From Gemmatimonadaceae bacterium (lineage in GTDB: Bacteria > Gemmatimonadota > Gemmatimonadetes > Gemmatimonadales > Gemmatimonadaceae), in assembly GCA_040902005.1 (NCBI GenBank), contig JBBDYA010000041.1, forward strand, positions 1 to 37,178: a DNA stretch of 37,178 nt. Direction: 5' to 3'. Of this stretch, positions 36,319 through 37,178 are shown piece after piece. Made by a program: the position numbers and the translations under genes. Numbering within the stretch: the stretch's first letter is position 1; every line of letters starts with the position of its first letter. The notes below the pieces were generated by a model. It was not told where the DNA came from and ran no database searches. It saw nothing but the letters and a program-made list of their open reading frames with translations.

Positions 36319-36942
36319 ATGGCGCGTTTCGACGATCCACGGCGGGTACTGGTGTGGGGGCTGGTGGCCATCGCTCTCTTCGTGGGAGCGGGGCTGGGCG
36401 TGAAGCTCGTGCGAGGCACTTCGGGGTTGCTTGGGCTGCTGGGACGTTCCGCGCCCGCGGTGGTCACCCACGAGACGGTGATGGAGCGTCTGCGCGACGT
36501 GGCCAAGCTCGTGGCCAGCGAGATGACGCTCCGCGACGTGGTGATCTACGAGCAGACGCGCTTCCGCTCCACCAAACGCGCGATGCTCGTCGTCACCGGA
36601 CGCGTCTCGGCGGGGATCAACCTCCGCTCGGCGGCGGTCGAGATCGATTCGGGCGCCAGGCGCATCGTCGTCACGCTCCCGCCGGCACAGATCACCGCCG
36701 TCGAGGTGCTGAACGTGACCACGTACGACGAGCGCTCGGGATTGCTGAACCCGTTCACGCCCGACGACCGCGACGCCATCCAGCAGCGCATCCGCGCGCA
36801 GCTCAACAGCGCGGCGCGGCAGAGCGGTATCCTCGAGCACGCGGACCAGAGCGCGGCGAAGACGCTTGAGGAATTGCTCAAGGTGCAGGGGTATGTCGTG
36901 GAGATCCGCCGCCCGCTGGAACTCGAGCGTCCCACTGGCTAG
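36319..36942 (+). CDS. DUF4230-like membrane-anchored protein
   Basis: N-terminal TM then KLVASE...GRVSAGINL...VTLPPAQI...GILEHA. ATG 36319 avoids overlap with the divergent gene. Confidence 0.8.
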   Translation: MARFDDPRRVLVWGLVAIALFVGAGLGVKLVRGTSGLLGLLGRSAPAVVTHETVMERLRDVAKLVASEMTLRDVVIYEQTRFRSTKRAMLVVTGRVSAGINLRSAAVEIDSGARRIVVTLPPAQITAVEVLNVTTYDERSGLLNPFTPDDRDAIQQRIRAQLNSAARQSGILEHADQSAAKTLEELLKVQGYVVEIRRPLELERPTG

Positions 36943-37178
36943 GGAAGCTCTGAAGAATGAGTCGGCTGGAGGCCCCGGGGCGCGCTCGTGCGATTGCGAG
37001 AGCCAACGCCGCACGCATGGCCACGGTGCACCCGCGATCGGGCTCGCTGCGCACGGCGAACGCGGGACCTGGCGGGACGCGCGGGCGACGGGTCTCCGAA
37101 GCGCGGGCTGTGTCAATACTGGCAAGCGCCCTCCTTGCCAGTATTGAGCACAGTCGCGCGGAGCGAGACCCGTCGCCC
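36943..37178 (+). mobile_element. Putative MITE with an IS5-like left end, truncated by the window end
   Basis: CTAG|GGAAGCTCTGAAGAATG at 36939-36959, then non-coding DNA containing fold-back copy 3. The right end is not visible. Confidence 0.45.
37083..37178. repeat. Long fold-back palindromic element, copy 3 (runs to the window end)
   Basis: Perfect 14-bp outer stem GGGCGACGGGTCTC / GAGACCCGTCGCCC and perfect 14-bp core TCAATACTGGCAAG-N7-CTTGCCAGTATTGA. Confidence 0.92.

Overview
A GC-rich bacterial chromosomal segment with about 33 credible, tightly packed CDSs and no rRNA, tRNA, CRISPR array, integrase or transposase. Gene content suggests a Gemmatimonadota/Acidobacteriota-type organism (inference only). 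It holds a ynbA/plsC/ynbB-like phospholipid operon, a LemA-DUF3137 operon, two ABC-2-type exporters, an orphan duplicated MacB/FtsX (ADOP-type) permease, a DEAD-box helicase, an AlkD-like repair protein and two DoxX-family proteins. There is also a dense set of exported proteolysis genes: M20, two S9, M55, a serpin lipoprotein, an HDxxH zincin-like lipoprotein and a membrane-anchored LAS/M15-like protein. The most striking signal is non-coding. A 96-116 nt fold-back element occurs three times (8755-8865, 9074-9189, 37083-end), with a conserved core and clear compensatory base changes. Two IS5-like terminal sequences begin exactly at YTAG stop codons (11353 and 36943), and degenerate heptamer tracts abut some of these elements. 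Together they suggest a non-autonomous, structured repeat (MITE-like) family whose novelty needs a database check. All family calls come from motif recognition, not from searches.
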